A stretch of DNA of 64,000 nucleotides, from the NCBI GenBank assembly GCA_016839555.1, contig JAEOUA010000003.1, forward strand, positions 32,001-96,000. The letters run 5' to 3'. Both the position numbers and the translations under genes were made by a program. Within the stretch, counting starts at the first letter, position 1, and each line of letters starts with the position of its first letter. Below the pieces are notes generated by a model, which saw only the letters and a program-made list of their open reading frames with translations, did no database searches and was not told where the DNA came from. This document shows, in pieces, positions 30,958 through 41,539 of this stretch. The stretch comes from Promethearchaeota archaeon (lineage in GTDB: Archaea; Asgardarchaeota; Lokiarchaeia; Sigyniarchaeales; SOKP01).

Positions 30958-32610
30958 TTAGCTAAATGTAATTAAAGACTCCATAAAAGACCCAGGCTTT
31001 TTAAACCCCATTAAATTAAGTAGCGTTGCTGCGACATTTCCGAGTCCAGGTTCTTTAAGTTCTTTTCTTATTTGATATTCTCCTTTATAGTTTGAATCAA
31101 TGATCGCAAACATTACGGGATTAAGTGAATGGGCGGTTTTATGTTTTATATCCATCTCCTCAAGATTTCCATGATCGGCTGTTACCACAGCAATTCCATC
31201 AAGTTCCATTACTTTTCTAACAGTTTGTTTAACACATTCATCAACTGTTTCCGCAGCTATAATTGCTGATTGGATATTACCTGTATGTCCCACCATGTCT
31301 CCATTTGCCCAATTAACCCGTAAAAAATTGAAAGATTGTAATTCAAGCGCTCTTAATAATTCTTCTTTTACTTCAATAGCTTTCATTTTAGGATTATTTT
31401 CAATCATTTCGCTTGGATCTGATTTAATTTCAACGTATTTTTCATAGTCTTTACATACATATCCTTCTTTATTTCCATTCCAAAAGTAGGTAATATGACC
31501 GAATTTATGAGTTTCTGCCAAGGCGTATTGCTTAATATGTTCATTACAAAGGTATTTCGAAAGAGAATCCTCAACTTCAGGGGGATCAATAAAATAATTC
31601 TTTGGAAGATTCATTTTTTTATCATATTGAAGTAATCCATAATAATGAACTTGTGGATTGCACTTCTTTTCAAAACCATAGCCTTTTTCGTCAAAGGCTT
31701 GGGAGATCTCAATTGCCCTATCGCCCCTAAAATTAAAATTAATAACTCCATCTCCATCATTCATTTTACCTATCGGATGGTTATTTTCATCAGCAATAAC
31801 AAATGAAGGAAGATATTGGTCGCTTATAGTGGGATCCCGTTCTCTGGCTCTATTTATGGCTTCAGTTGCGGTCTTAAAGTATCCATTATAATCTGAATAT
31901 TGTTCAGGGATTCCACATACATGGGCATCCCACCCCCTTTTAACAACCTTCCAATCAGAATAATATCTGTCCATGGTGACTCTCATTCTTCCGCCGCCAG
32001 AAGCAATTTGATAATCAAAGGAACCATCGGCATTAATTCCTTCGAGCTTATCTTCTAATTGTTCTATATACTGCAAAGCCGATTGAGGAGGTACATCTCT
32101 TCCATCTAATAAGGTGTGAACTCTTACAATTCCGATATGAGAATCTTTTGCTCCTTCTAATAATCCAATTAAATGAGAAATATGACTATGAACATATCCA
32201 TCTGATAATAAACCGAAAAAATGAAGTACTTGATTATTTTTTTTAATTTTATCCGTAAAATTCATCCATTTGTCAGTTTTAAATAATTTTTTTGATAAGA
32301 TAGCTTCTTTTGCTAGAGTTGCTCTTTGTTTTACAATTCTACCCGTCCCTAGGGCATTATGTCCGACCTCTGAATTGCCCATTTCTTCATTCGTGGGTAA
32401 TCCTACTGCAGTTCCATGAGCTTTTAATTCGGTGTATAGATTCTTTTTAGGGCATTCTATTTGAAGTTTATCTAAGTATGGGGTATTTGCTAAATAAACT
32501 GCGTTCATATTATTTTTTTCCCCTAGCCCAATTCCATCCATAATAATTAAAACTAAAGGCCCTTTTCTTCCCGAAAAATTATCTAATTTTTGAAGTTTGA
32601 ATTTTTCCAT
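30958..32610 (-). CDS. gpmI: 2,3-bisphosphoglycerate-independent phosphoglycerate mutase
   Basis: IMDGIG, MGNSEVGH, DGRDV, NFRGDRA, ETHKFGHITYFWNG, NGDMVGHTG, TADHGN. Confidence 0.95.
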   Translation of the reverse strand: MEKFKLQKLDNFSGRKGPLVLIIMDGIGLGEKNNMNAVYLANTPYLDKLQIECPKKNLYTELKAHGTAVGLPTNEEMGNSEVGHNALGTGRIVKQRATLAKEAILSKKLFKTDKWMNFTDKIKKNNQVLHFFGLLSDGYVHSHISHLIGLLEGAKDSHIGIVRVHTLLDGRDVPPQSALQYIEQLEDKLEGINADGSFDYQIASGGGRMRVTMDRYYSDWKVVKRGWDAHVCGIPEQYSDYNGYFKTATEAINRARERDPTISDQYLPSFVIADENNHPIGKMNDGDGVINFNFRGDRAIEISQAFDEKGYGFEKKCNPQVHYYGLLQYDKKMNLPKNYFIDPPEVEDSLSKYLCNEHIKQYALAETHKFGHITYFWNGNKEGYVCKDYEKYVEIKSDPSEMIENNPKMKAIEVKEELLRALELQSFNFLRVNWANGDMVGHTGNIQSAIIAAETVDECVKQTVRKVMELDGIAVVTADHGNLEEMDIKHKTAHSLNPVMFAIIDSNYKGEYQIRKELKEPGLGNVAATLLNLMGFKKPGSFMESLITFS

Positions 32611-32982
32611 ATTTAATCTTTTTACAAATTTATGATTTTTATAAGCTTGAGAATTAATATATAGATTATAATTTCGTAAGAAAATAAATCATTTCTACAT
32701 ATAATATAATTCTATAAATTTTTGATAAAATAAGGGTTTTTTTCCTTTTCTAAGAAATAATTATTAAATTTCTAAAATATAAAATTTTTGAAGTAAATAT
32801 AAAGAGATTTTTACAATACTAAGCACTTTCGAAAATTCTATAATAATTTAAGATAATTTTGAATTAATTTATTTCAAACGTTTAAGGATCTAACTCCTTT
32901 CAGAATATGTTATTTAAGAATTTTAGAGAGATATTTTAGGTAGATATTTTTTTAAAAAATTAAAAATTTGAATTAATATATT

Positions 32983-33777
32983 TCAGCGGAAATAGGAATC
33001 CGCACCTGGACCTCTTTGTTCTCGATATTGTTTCATAAAGGTATCTGTTTTTTCCTTGAATTTATCTAACATTTCCTCCATTTCTTCAATTTTCTTATCT
33101 AATTCTTTATAGTCCATATCAATATCAAAATATTCCTTAAGTACTGTTACTAATCGCTTTGAAGCTTTTGGGTTTAAATTGATCATTTGAAGAGGGACGG
33201 TTTCTGCCAATAAACAAATTCCTGGGGCAAATCCATTAGTACCAGCCCAAGCAGGTAAGATACCATTAGCACCTGCAATTACTCCATTTTCCATAATTTC
33301 TGTATTAGAAAATTTTAAAAAACTCTTCATAATTTTTTGATCAGTTCCCGAAATAAATACTGTTGGAATTTCATCCTCAATTGGTTTATCAGATACCATA
33401 GCCCCCGTACTAATATACATTTTAATGTTACCATGAGTTAATTCATCCATCATCTCACAGAATCTTTTTGAAAATTCAAACACTCCTTCTGCAGAATGGG
33501 GTTGATAGTCTGCGGTCAATATAAAAAAATCATTTGATTTTCTACTTTTATAATATAGCTTCGCTGTAGGAATATCCAGTTTCCCATTTTCCACGGTACT
33601 CTTTGGAGGAAAATCAAAAAATTGGATATCAAAGATTAAATCAGCACCAATAGAATCTCTAATGGCTGTTATTGCTAATTTACCGACTAATGCAATACCT
33701 GGAAAGCCGATGAGAATAACAGGGTCTTTTATTTTCTCCGGATCGAGTTCCTTTTTCTTCTCAAAATTTATATACAT
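32983..33777 (-). CDS. PAC2-family proteasome assembly chaperone homolog
   Basis: GFPGIALVGKLA, DYQP, IAGANGIL, CLLAET, C-terminal SYFR. Confidence 0.88.
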   Translation of the reverse strand: MYINFEKKKELDPEKIKDPVILIGFPGIALVGKLAITAIRDSIGADLIFDIQFFDFPPKSTVENGKLDIPTAKLYYKSRKSNDFFILTADYQPHSAEGVFEFSKRFCEMMDELTHGNIKMYISTGAMVSDKPIEDEIPTVFISGTDQKIMKSFLKFSNTEIMENGVIAGANGILPAWAGTNGFAPGICLLAETVPLQMINLNPKASKRLVTVLKEYFDIDMDYKELDKKIEEMEEMLDKFKEKTDTFMKQYREQRGPGADSYFR

Positions 33778-33985
33778 TTTTCTATTTTGTTCAACTGAAT
33801 TTTATTCAATTTTCTTTAAAAAAAAAGAATATTTATATAATAAATAAATAATTCCTATCAAATATTTTTAATCATTCTAAAGATGTTCTATTTAAATATG
33901 AAGAGACCCTCATTTTAATTTCTATAACCCTATAAAATAAATTTAAAAATATAAAAAAAATGCTCTATTTAATAAACCTGAGGAG

Positions 33986-34903
33986 ATGAATACAATAAAT
34001 AAAATTAGAGCAAAACGAAAAGAAATTATTAATAAACTGGAAAAAAAATCAGACAATCTTGATAAAAAGTCCAAAAATTACTTGAAAGACGCAATTAAAT
34101 TGCTAGATATTCAATGTGGAATAGAAAATATCATTTATATTATTTTATTTGGTAGCCAAAGTAGTGGAATACCTTCTAAAATTTCAGATTGTGATTTATT
34201 AATAATTTTAAACAATTCTCTATCTAAAAATGAAATTTGTTTGTTAAAAAAAAACTTTCTCGCCTTAGAACTTAAGCATGAGTTTCGAGAACAACCTAAA
34301 GGGTTTATTAATAGAATTTCTGTTGGATTTCAAAAAGCCACAGGTATGTTTGTCAGTCATTTCATTACTGATTTAAAAACTTGGACAGAAAAGAAGTTTT
34401 ACAAAATTTTCGATGTTAATAAATTCTTTTCTTATCTATTAGCACCCAGAGATATTATCCTCCATAGTGTAATAAAAAGTAGTATTATTCTCTATAAGGC
34501 AAATAGCTTGGAAATTTTAAATAAAGATTCTTATTTTATTCCTAAGATTATTGAGATGGTTAAAAGTATCATAATGAATTATCTACTAACAATTGGTTCA
34601 CTTTTATTTATCCCATTTAATCCAGTATCAATAAAATATTTATTAGAATCCATTAAATGGTCCTTAAGAAGTTCTAACTGTTATATTTTTGGAGATTCAG
34701 AATCATTAAAAAAAATATCTTTCCGTTTTATCGCATTTGAAAAAAATATAAAAAAAAGAAGAAAAACCTCTCAATATTTTAACACATTTATTATGTTAAG
34801 AGATAATCCTTGTTATGATTTTAGATTTATATTCAAAAGTCTATATAGAGTTTTGAAGATCCATATACAAGGAATTATGTTTAGAAAAATCTTTAATGAA
34901 TAA
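33986..34903 (+). CDS. Pol-beta-superfamily nucleotidyltransferase with long C-terminal helical region
   Basis: IILFGS...SDCDLLII. Confidence 0.7.
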   Translation: MNTINKIRAKRKEIINKLEKKSDNLDKKSKNYLKDAIKLLDIQCGIENIIYIILFGSQSSGIPSKISDCDLLIILNNSLSKNEICLLKKNFLALELKHEFREQPKGFINRISVGFQKATGMFVSHFITDLKTWTEKKFYKIFDVNKFFSYLLAPRDIILHSVIKSSIILYKANSLEILNKDSYFIPKIIEMVKSIIMNYLLTIGSLLFIPFNPVSIKYLLESIKWSLRSSNCYIFGDSESLKKISFRFIAFEKNIKKRRKTSQYFNTFIMLRDNPCYDFRFIFKSLYRVLKIHIQGIMFRKIFNE

Positions 34904-35150
34904 GTTATTAATTCCTAAAATAAGGGCCCATAAAAATTTTTAGGGTACTGTTTTTAAAGGGGTTATGATTTTAAGAAAGCTAAAACATACAAAACTTCAA
35001 GAAATATTAGCCGATAATTAATATGTTTAAGACTTTTTTAAATTAAAATTTTAAGAAAAAATTTTTAACTTAATATCACAGAGATATTACATTTTTTTTT
35101 TATTTCTCGTTTCCATTTTTCCTTAAATAATTCTCTTATTTGAATAGATT

Positions 35151-35681
35151 ATGTTAAAATCAACGTGTATTGATGATAGTATAAAAGTATCTATAATTGG
35201 TTTTCCTGCTGTGGGAAAAACTACGATGACTAAATTACTTGCCCAAAAAGAGGTTACTAAGAAATATATTCCCACCGCAGGGTTTGATCTTAAAACGGTA
35301 AAATTTGGGTCTTATAAACTTAAGATCTGGGATTTTGGAGGGCAAAAAAATTACCTTAAAAAATATTTAAAGAATTTTATTGTAGGGTCAGATTTAATTT
35401 TTATCATGACTGATTCAACCCCAAGGAATGTACTTAGTTCAAGGGAATTAATAGATCATGCAAGAGAGATTATGGAAGATGATTGCCCTATCATAGCCAT
35501 TGCAAATAAACAGGATTTATGCAAAACAGACGGTAGAATGGATTCTAAACGTGTTGAAGATGTATTACATACTCGTACGATCGGATTAACGGCAATTGAT
35601 CCAAATGAACGATTGCATTTATTAAAAACGATTGAAAATGAGTTAAAACAGGTATTAAACCGGAGGGATTTAAAGAGATGA
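35151..35681 (+). CDS. Arf/Sar-like small GTPase
   Basis: G1 GFPAVGKT, G2 PTAG, G3 WDFGGQ, G4 NKQD, G5 TA. Confidence 0.92.
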   Translation: MLKSTCIDDSIKVSIIGFPAVGKTTMTKLLAQKEVTKKYIPTAGFDLKTVKFGSYKLKIWDFGGQKNYLKKYLKNFIVGSDLIFIMTDSTPRNVLSSRELIDHAREIMEDDCPIIAIANKQDLCKTDGRMDSKRVEDVLHTRTIGLTAIDPNERLHLLKTIENELKQVLNRRDLKR

Positions 35682-36238
35682 ATTTTAATGAAAATGAAAT
35701 GTTTGGCGCTGCTTTAATAGGTTTTGATATGATTGATGGTCCTTTTCTAAAATGGAAAAAAGAATTTGATGACCACATTGATAGTGTAAATCTCGATGAT
35801 TTTGCGATGAATTTTTACTTATCTTTTCGTGGAGGGAACGCCGGAAAAAAGCCAAAAGCTATTCTATATGATGATTTTTATATAGTTGCATTTCCGCACG
35901 ATTTAGAACTATGCTGTCTCTTTATGAAACCGCAAGGGATTCAAGCAAATATTAAAAAATTACATAAAATTGCATCTCGAATTATGATTGATATGGAAAA
36001 GCTTGAAGAAGAGGAAGATGGAGAGAATTCAGAAGAGTCCGATGATGATACCATTGAAGAAATAAAAAGATTGATAGTAAACCTCTTAAATGATACCGAG
36101 ATGTCCACTCCAGAACTACGTAGATATTTTAAACTCTCAAACTCCCAAATATGGAGAGTGATGTCAGAGTTGGAAGAATCTCATAAAATAAAACGCACTC
36201 GAAAAGAAGGAAGGGCTCAATTGTGGTCTACAAACTAA
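35678..36238 (+). CDS. uDENN/longin-like domain plus acidic linker plus wHTH
   Basis: LIGFDMIDGP (FDxxxGP motif), EEEEDGENSEESDDD linker, MSTPELRRYFKLSNSQIWRVMSELE wHTH; ATGA overlap with the GTPase. Confidence 0.7.
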   Translation: MNFNENEMFGAALIGFDMIDGPFLKWKKEFDDHIDSVNLDDFAMNFYLSFRGGNAGKKPKAILYDDFYIVAFPHDLELCCLFMKPQGIQANIKKLHKIASRIMIDMEKLEEEEDGENSEESDDDTIEEIKRLIVNLLNDTEMSTPELRRYFKLSNSQIWRVMSELEESHKIKRTRKEGRAQLWSTN

Positions 36239-36372
36239 AGTTTTATAATTATTTTATTAATATATAATTATTTATTTTTTTATTTGTTGTATGTAATCTT
36301 ACAAAATTTCTATATTTAATTTTCTTATTCTTAAATAATGAAATTTAAAAAATATGATAAGATCAGTAAGAA

Positions 36373-37512
36373 TTAGTAAGGTAAAAGAATAAATTTACTT
36401 ATTGGTAATATCTTATTTAATACTGTCCCGAAATAAGTATAAAGACCCGACTTGAGAAAATTTTTTTTCAAATAATATTGCAATTCTTCATTACTTTCAA
36501 GATATTTTATTTGTTTTTCTGAGTTTTTTTTAATCTTTTTTATTGTTTTTTTCATGTATTTTTTATAATATTTTAGAGCATTTTGATTTTTCTTTGTTCC
36601 TTTCTTAATTGCCTTTGCTAAATATCTTCCACTTAATGCTGCAGCATCCATACCTAATCCACGAGATAAGTCAATTAATCCAGCAGCATCTCCAATAAAA
36701 AATAAATTTTCATTACCTAAATATACATGATCTGGATCATATAGACAGAATTTTGAAACAAATCCTTCTTTTTTTATAATTTCTCCATTAAAATTGTATT
36801 TGTCTCTAATATAATCTACTAATTTATCACAACGGCTTGCAACATTATCTGTATGCCCTGTACCTATTACCCATTGATCGTTTTTCTTATAAGCCCAAGC
36901 AAACATAAGATTGGAATAATTAATATTCCAAAATTGATATAGGGTATTTGAATTTAAATCTCCTTCATTATAATTTTTAAAATAATAATTTAATGTAACT
37001 CCTGGATTGCTTTCAGTATAATCTTGAGGTCTGATTTTTTTACGCAAGCAAGAACAAAGCCCATCAGCTGCAATAAGATATTTTGTCTTAACTTTTTCTA
37101 TATCTTCATGTTTAGGATGGAGTGAAACTAAAAAACCATCATTAATCCTCTTGAAATCATCACATCTTACTCCATCCCGAAATTTAGCACCTTCCTCTAT
37201 AGCAATCTGGTTCAACCAATTATCAAAGACATCCCTTGTAAAATTTAACATCGGAAAGGGCATTTTAAGAGACTTGCCGTTAGGGAATTCCATACATACT
37301 CTATTAAGCGAATTTTTACATAATTTTTCCTTAGGAATCTTTTTACCGATGATTCGTTCAAAATATTTAAATTGAATCGCACTACAAGGTTTTTCCCGAG
37401 GTGTAAATGCACTTTCTACGATTAAAGTATTTAAGTTGGCTTTTGCAAGATATCTCCCTGCTACTGAGCCAGCAATACCTCCTCCTACGATAAGTGCGTC
37501 ATAATGATTCAT
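36373..37512 (-). CDS. Geranylgeranyl reductase-family flavoprotein
   Basis: VGGGIAG, REKPC, IAADG, GDAAG...GLGM. Confidence 0.88.
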   Translation of the reverse strand: MNHYDALIVGGGIAGSVAGRYLAKANLNTLIVESAFTPREKPCSAIQFKYFERIIGKKIPKEKLCKNSLNRVCMEFPNGKSLKMPFPMLNFTRDVFDNWLNQIAIEEGAKFRDGVRCDDFKRINDGFLVSLHPKHEDIEKVKTKYLIAADGLCSCLRKKIRPQDYTESNPGVTLNYYFKNYNEGDLNSNTLYQFWNINYSNLMFAWAYKKNDQWVIGTGHTDNVASRCDKLVDYIRDKYNFNGEIIKKEGFVSKFCLYDPDHVYLGNENLFFIGDAAGLIDLSRGLGMDAAALSGRYLAKAIKKGTKKNQNALKYYKKYMKKTIKKIKKNSEKQIKYLESNEELQYYLKKNFLKSGLYTYFGTVLNKILPISKFILLPY

Positions 37513-37680
37513 ATTTTTTACCTTTAATAGAACTTTATTTTTTCTCTTCTTAATGATAATGACTTAAAAGGTACAAAAATATTTCTATTTACACCTCAAT
37601 ATTATTGAAAATATTAGAAATAATGTTAAAAAAGAAAGAAATGATTGAAAAATTTTAAAAAAATGTTTAAAAAAAGTTAA

Positions 37681-38514
37681 TTAATAATCTAAACCTTCTA
37701 ATTTTCGATATATCCATCCTTTTTCCTTTGTGAGTAATCTTGAAAACATCATATAGCAAATATCTGGAAGATCTTCATCTTGATTGGAAATAGTGATATA
37801 TCGCAAAATATGGTTGATTATAAAAATACCAATTAATTCCAAATGATAACTCCCCATCTTTTCTAAATTTTCGCCAGAATATGAAATATTTAAATCTTCT
37901 TTATCTTGATTATATGTAACTTCAATATATATCTCTGGGAAAACCTCTTTTTTAAATCTCCACCCGGAAATTGTCTTCCACACTTTCCCATTAATAAACT
38001 CTTCTAAAGGGCGTTTATCATTATCTTTTAATAGCTTAAAGGGTTTTTTTCGTTGCTTAAATACCTTTTTCATTAAATCTGTTGTGGTATTATAACTTTT
38101 ATCGTAGGGGGGCTTGTTTTTAATCCTTCGTTCAATAAAATCAAATATGATATCGATATAAGTAGCAGAGTCCTCACCCGGGATCCAATATACTCGCTCT
38201 CCAGAAAATAGAAATCTAAACTTTGCTCTCACATCCCCAAATTCATCTCCATAATAAAAATAAGATAAATGAATATTAGCTTTTGGGAAAAATTCCATAG
38301 TAATTGTCCAATCTTCGTCAAATCTAATGTCTTCTAGTTTTGCTCCAAGATCATCTTCCACAATTTTTTTTAATTTATCCATTTCCAGGTCGATAAATAA
38401 TGGAATTTTAGCCCTTCCCATATCTTCTAATTCTTTTTCATGAGGACCTCTTACTCCAGTGGCATCTATTTGCCCCACCGTATAAAATTTATTTTTTTTC
38501 TTTTTTTCTACCAT
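37681..38514 (-). CDS. Hypothetical protein with an internal domain duplication
   Basis: WTITMEFFPKANIHLSY...FLFSGE and WRFKKEVFPEIYIEVTY...ISYSGE; weak resemblance to DUF3786. Confidence 0.65.
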   Translation of the reverse strand: MVEKKKKNKFYTVGQIDATGVRGPHEKELEDMGRAKIPLFIDLEMDKLKKIVEDDLGAKLEDIRFDEDWTITMEFFPKANIHLSYFYYGDEFGDVRAKFRFLFSGERVYWIPGEDSATYIDIIFDFIERRIKNKPPYDKSYNTTTDLMKKVFKQRKKPFKLLKDNDKRPLEEFINGKVWKTISGWRFKKEVFPEIYIEVTYNQDKEDLNISYSGENLEKMGSYHLELIGIFIINHILRYITISNQDEDLPDICYMMFSRLLTKEKGWIYRKLEGLDY

Positions 38515-38638
38515 GTTCTGCTTCTTTTTCTTTTTAATCGATTATATTATAATTATGAATATCATGAAATAATTATCATATTCTTAATATTTTTTATAAA
38601 AAGTAAGAAATTTATTAAATTCGAATAATTTCAATAAT

Positions 38639-38947
38639 TTAATTAATAACTTCATTAATTTTTTCTTTTTTAATATGTCCAACTTTATAGAGAATTATAT
38701 GTTTATCAGCCGTAAAAATTCTATTAGGTCTAATATTACTCTTTTTTTTCAAGCTCCCAATTTCAAAATCTTTAGAAGTTAATGAAATAGCATAAGTGTC
38801 AGAAATCTTTTGACTTGTTATTTGACATAAAATAAGGTCTTCACCTTTTAGATCAGTTATAACTAAAGCAGGTCTACGTTTAGCATGAGAGAGATCAGAA
38901 AAAGGAAACGGAATAACAACTATATCTCCTTTTACAAATTTTGCCAT
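38639..38947 (-). CDS. PemK/MazF-family toxin, C-terminal helix probably cut by a nonsense codon
   Basis: GDIVVIPFPFSDL...KRRPALV, CQITS, SNIRPNRIFT; frame continues IIEIIRI after TAA. Confidence 0.88.
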   Translation of the reverse strand: MAKFVKGDIVVIPFPFSDLSHAKRRPALVITDLKGEDLILCQITSQKISDTYAISLTSKDFEIGSLKKKSNIRPNRIFTADKHIILYKVGHIKKEKINEVIN

Positions 38948-39135
38948 GCTTCATCTTCCTCTGGACGACTCCAATCCTTTTTTAAACTTGATTCACTTAA
39001 CATCATAGTTTCCATAATGCTTCTATTTATTTTTCCTTTAAGATACTTTACATAATCTAAAACTTCATCCAAGAGTCTTTCGGGAAAATTATTTAGTTCT
39101 TTAATGATTTGATCTATTTTTGAAATTTTTATCAC
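38932..39135 (-). CDS. DUF2281-like antitoxin
   Basis: LLDEVLDYVKYLK...LSESSLKKDW..PEEDEAW; overlaps toxin start. Confidence 0.85.
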   Translation of the reverse strand: MIKISKIDQIIKELNNFPERLLDEVLDYVKYLKGKINRSIMETMMLSESSLKKDWSRPEEDEAWQNL

Positions 39136-39341
39136 CTATTAGGTTTTAGAATATCACTATTTTTAAATAAAAGATTAAATAAATATCTTAGTGCTTTAAA
39201 TTGATGAACATTCCATTATAATAATATATTTTTTTATTTATAATCGTTTTTTTAAATATATTATATTCTTTTTTAATTTGTTTTCCCTAAATTGTATATT
39301 ATTTTTTTTATACCATTTTTAGTTAAATATTCATCTCATAT

Positions 39342-40682
39342 TTAATAATTTTTCTTAAATTTTCCAATAAAAAAACCTTTTGTAGCATTGGTTGATGGAA
39401 ATAATCGCCCCGTCCCTGAGATTATTTTATCATTAATTCTATAGCTTGAAGAGATATAGTTTGGTAAAGGAAGAGGATCTAATCTATCTAAAAATTTTAA
39501 AATTTGAAGTTCCCCTTCTTGTGGATAAAAACTACAAGTGGAATAAATTAAATCTCCCCCTTGTTTTAACATATTTATAGCTGATTGAAGCAATTTCTCT
39601 TGTAATATTGTATTCTGATGTAAAAAGGAGTTATTTTGCCGCCACTTTAATTCAGGATTAGAAGAAAATGCTCCATTCCCGGTACAAGGGGCATCAAGGA
39701 GGATTTTATCGAATTGTTTCCCCTTTTTTAATGAAAAACTTATACTATCTGTATTTATAATTGAGATATTTGACATTTGATATAAATTAAAAAGTGATTT
39801 CATTATTTTTACTCTATTTATCTGAAATTCTGCAGCAACTAATTGAGAGCTATCTTGTAAAAATTGATTGATTATACTAGCTTTCATTCCCGGTCCTGCA
39901 CACATATCACATATTATGTTATCTTTTAATGGTCTTAATAGATTTGCAGTGTAGATTGAGGCTTTATCGAGAATTATTATATTTCCATTTTTATTGAAAT
40001 CACTATTTATTAAATCATTTTTATAAGAAAAGGGTATTTGGTAAATATATTCCACATTTTTATCATTTCTATAAGGAATTTTTATGTTTTTCAAAGATTT
40101 TTTGACTTTTTGCGATAATTCTTTATAATTTTTTTCGGATTTAGTATTTATGATAAAATATAAATTTAATTCTTCAGGAGAATTCATTAATTTTAAATTT
40201 TCTTTTAAAAAGTTAAAATCTAGGTAGGGTTTTATTTGTTTTATAAAAAAGGTCGGAATTGCTTCTGTTATGCTTAGCTTTTCAATAGGCGTTTTATTTT
40301 TAAGAGCTTTTTTCCAAGAAAATGTTTTTAATTTATTATAAAGATTAGTAAGGTTCTTTTTACTTAATTTAAAAGGAATTTTCATGAAAAAGCTTTTCAT
40401 TTCCTTTAAAATTTCTTTTAAAGAAACTCGTTCCCAAACAATTCGATAGACAATATATAAATAAAGAGCTTTTCTGACTCGAGTTAATTTTGCTTTTTTG
40501 CCTAAGGCACTAAGAGTATAATTAAGGATAAAATTGATTTTATTGAAATATCGGAGAATTTCCATATAGTAGTGAAATATAATATGATTTTGACGGTTTA
40601 CTTCTGATAATTGAGTAGGGTTACCCTTTAAGAATTGTTGGATTATAGGTAGTAACCTTTCTATTGATTTCTTATCTGGCAA
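39342..40682 (-). CDS. RsmB/NOP2-family RNA m5C methyltransferase
   Basis: DMCAGPGMK, ILLDAPCTG, LIYSTCS, GFFIG. Confidence 0.92.
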   Translation of the reverse strand: MPDKKSIERLLPIIQQFLKGNPTQLSEVNRQNHIIFHYYMEILRYFNKINFILNYTLSALGKKAKLTRVRKALYLYIVYRIVWERVSLKEILKEMKSFFMKIPFKLSKKNLTNLYNKLKTFSWKKALKNKTPIEKLSITEAIPTFFIKQIKPYLDFNFLKENLKLMNSPEELNLYFIINTKSEKNYKELSQKVKKSLKNIKIPYRNDKNVEYIYQIPFSYKNDLINSDFNKNGNIIILDKASIYTANLLRPLKDNIICDMCAGPGMKASIINQFLQDSSQLVAAEFQINRVKIMKSLFNLYQMSNISIINTDSISFSLKKGKQFDKILLDAPCTGNGAFSSNPELKWRQNNSFLHQNTILQEKLLQSAINMLKQGGDLIYSTCSFYPQEGELQILKFLDRLDPLPLPNYISSSYRINDKIISGTGRLFPSTNATKGFFIGKFKKNY

Positions 40683-40780
40683 TATTATGAAAGAAAATTA
40701 TTATTTGATTCTCTGAGCTTTTAGAAAAAGAAGTTTAGGAGATTATAAAAAATTAATCTTCAAAAATTATAAATCTCGGT

Positions 40781-41482
40781 TTATATTAGAATTTTAATAG
40801 CTTTTCTTTGTAATTCCTGAAAGGGCTCAGGTATCTCTAGTAATTTATTATGAATTATATTGAGAACTTTTAATGATTTTAAATCAGTAACTGTATTTGG
40901 AATGCTTCTTAAATTATTAAAGCTGAGATCTAATTCTTCTAGATTCTCTAATTTATGTATGCTAGGAGAAATACTCTTTAAGTTATTGCCAATTAAATCT
41001 AAAATTTTTAAGGAAGATAATGAAAATATGAACTCTGGGAGCTCTTCAATATGATTCCATGATAAATTTAAATTTTTTAAGAATTTTAAATAATTAATTT
41101 CTTCTGGAATTTTCATTAAATCACACATATATAGGCTAAGACCAGTTATGTTCCCTTTTTCAATCATGAAGCCCAATGAGTTACATTTCATAACGGGAAT
41201 AATATTTAATTTGAATTTAAGCCTTTTTTCTATAATATCTATTGCTTTTTTCTCTATTTCATTGAGTTGCTCTCTCTGTTTTTTTAATTTTCGTTCTTTT
41301 TTCAATCTATTATAACATAAACAGCAATAAAACTCTATATGGCTATTTTCCCATAATTGAATTAATCTTTTTTTAGAGAGACTCCTATTTCTTATTATAA
41401 ATTCTCCAATTTCTATAGGTCTATTACATTTATAGCATCTTCTCTTCCTATATCGTTTTTCCTCCTCAAACCGATAACTCAT
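40781..41482 (-). CDS. LRR protein with N-terminal Cys-rich putative Zn-binding domain
   Basis: CYKC...FYCCLC then LxxLxLxxNxL repeats. Confidence 0.88.
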   Translation of the reverse strand: MSYRFEEEKRYRKRRCYKCNRPIEIGEFIIRNRSLSKKRLIQLWENSHIEFYCCLCYNRLKKERKLKKQREQLNEIEKKAIDIIEKRLKFKLNIIPVMKCNSLGFMIEKGNITGLSLYMCDLMKIPEEINYLKFLKNLNLSWNHIEELPEFIFSLSSLKILDLIGNNLKSISPSIHKLENLEELDLSFNNLRSIPNTVTDLKSLKVLNIIHNKLLEIPEPFQELQRKAIKILI

Positions 41483-41539
41483 ATTATACTAAAAACGTTT
41501 TTTTATTAAAATTTTTTTAAAAAGATAAAAAAAAGGAAA

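Noticed and set aside
34927-34945. CCCATAAAAATTTTTAGGG near-palindrome upstream of the GTPase
   Set aside because: Mostly A/T runs and single occurrence; likely chance
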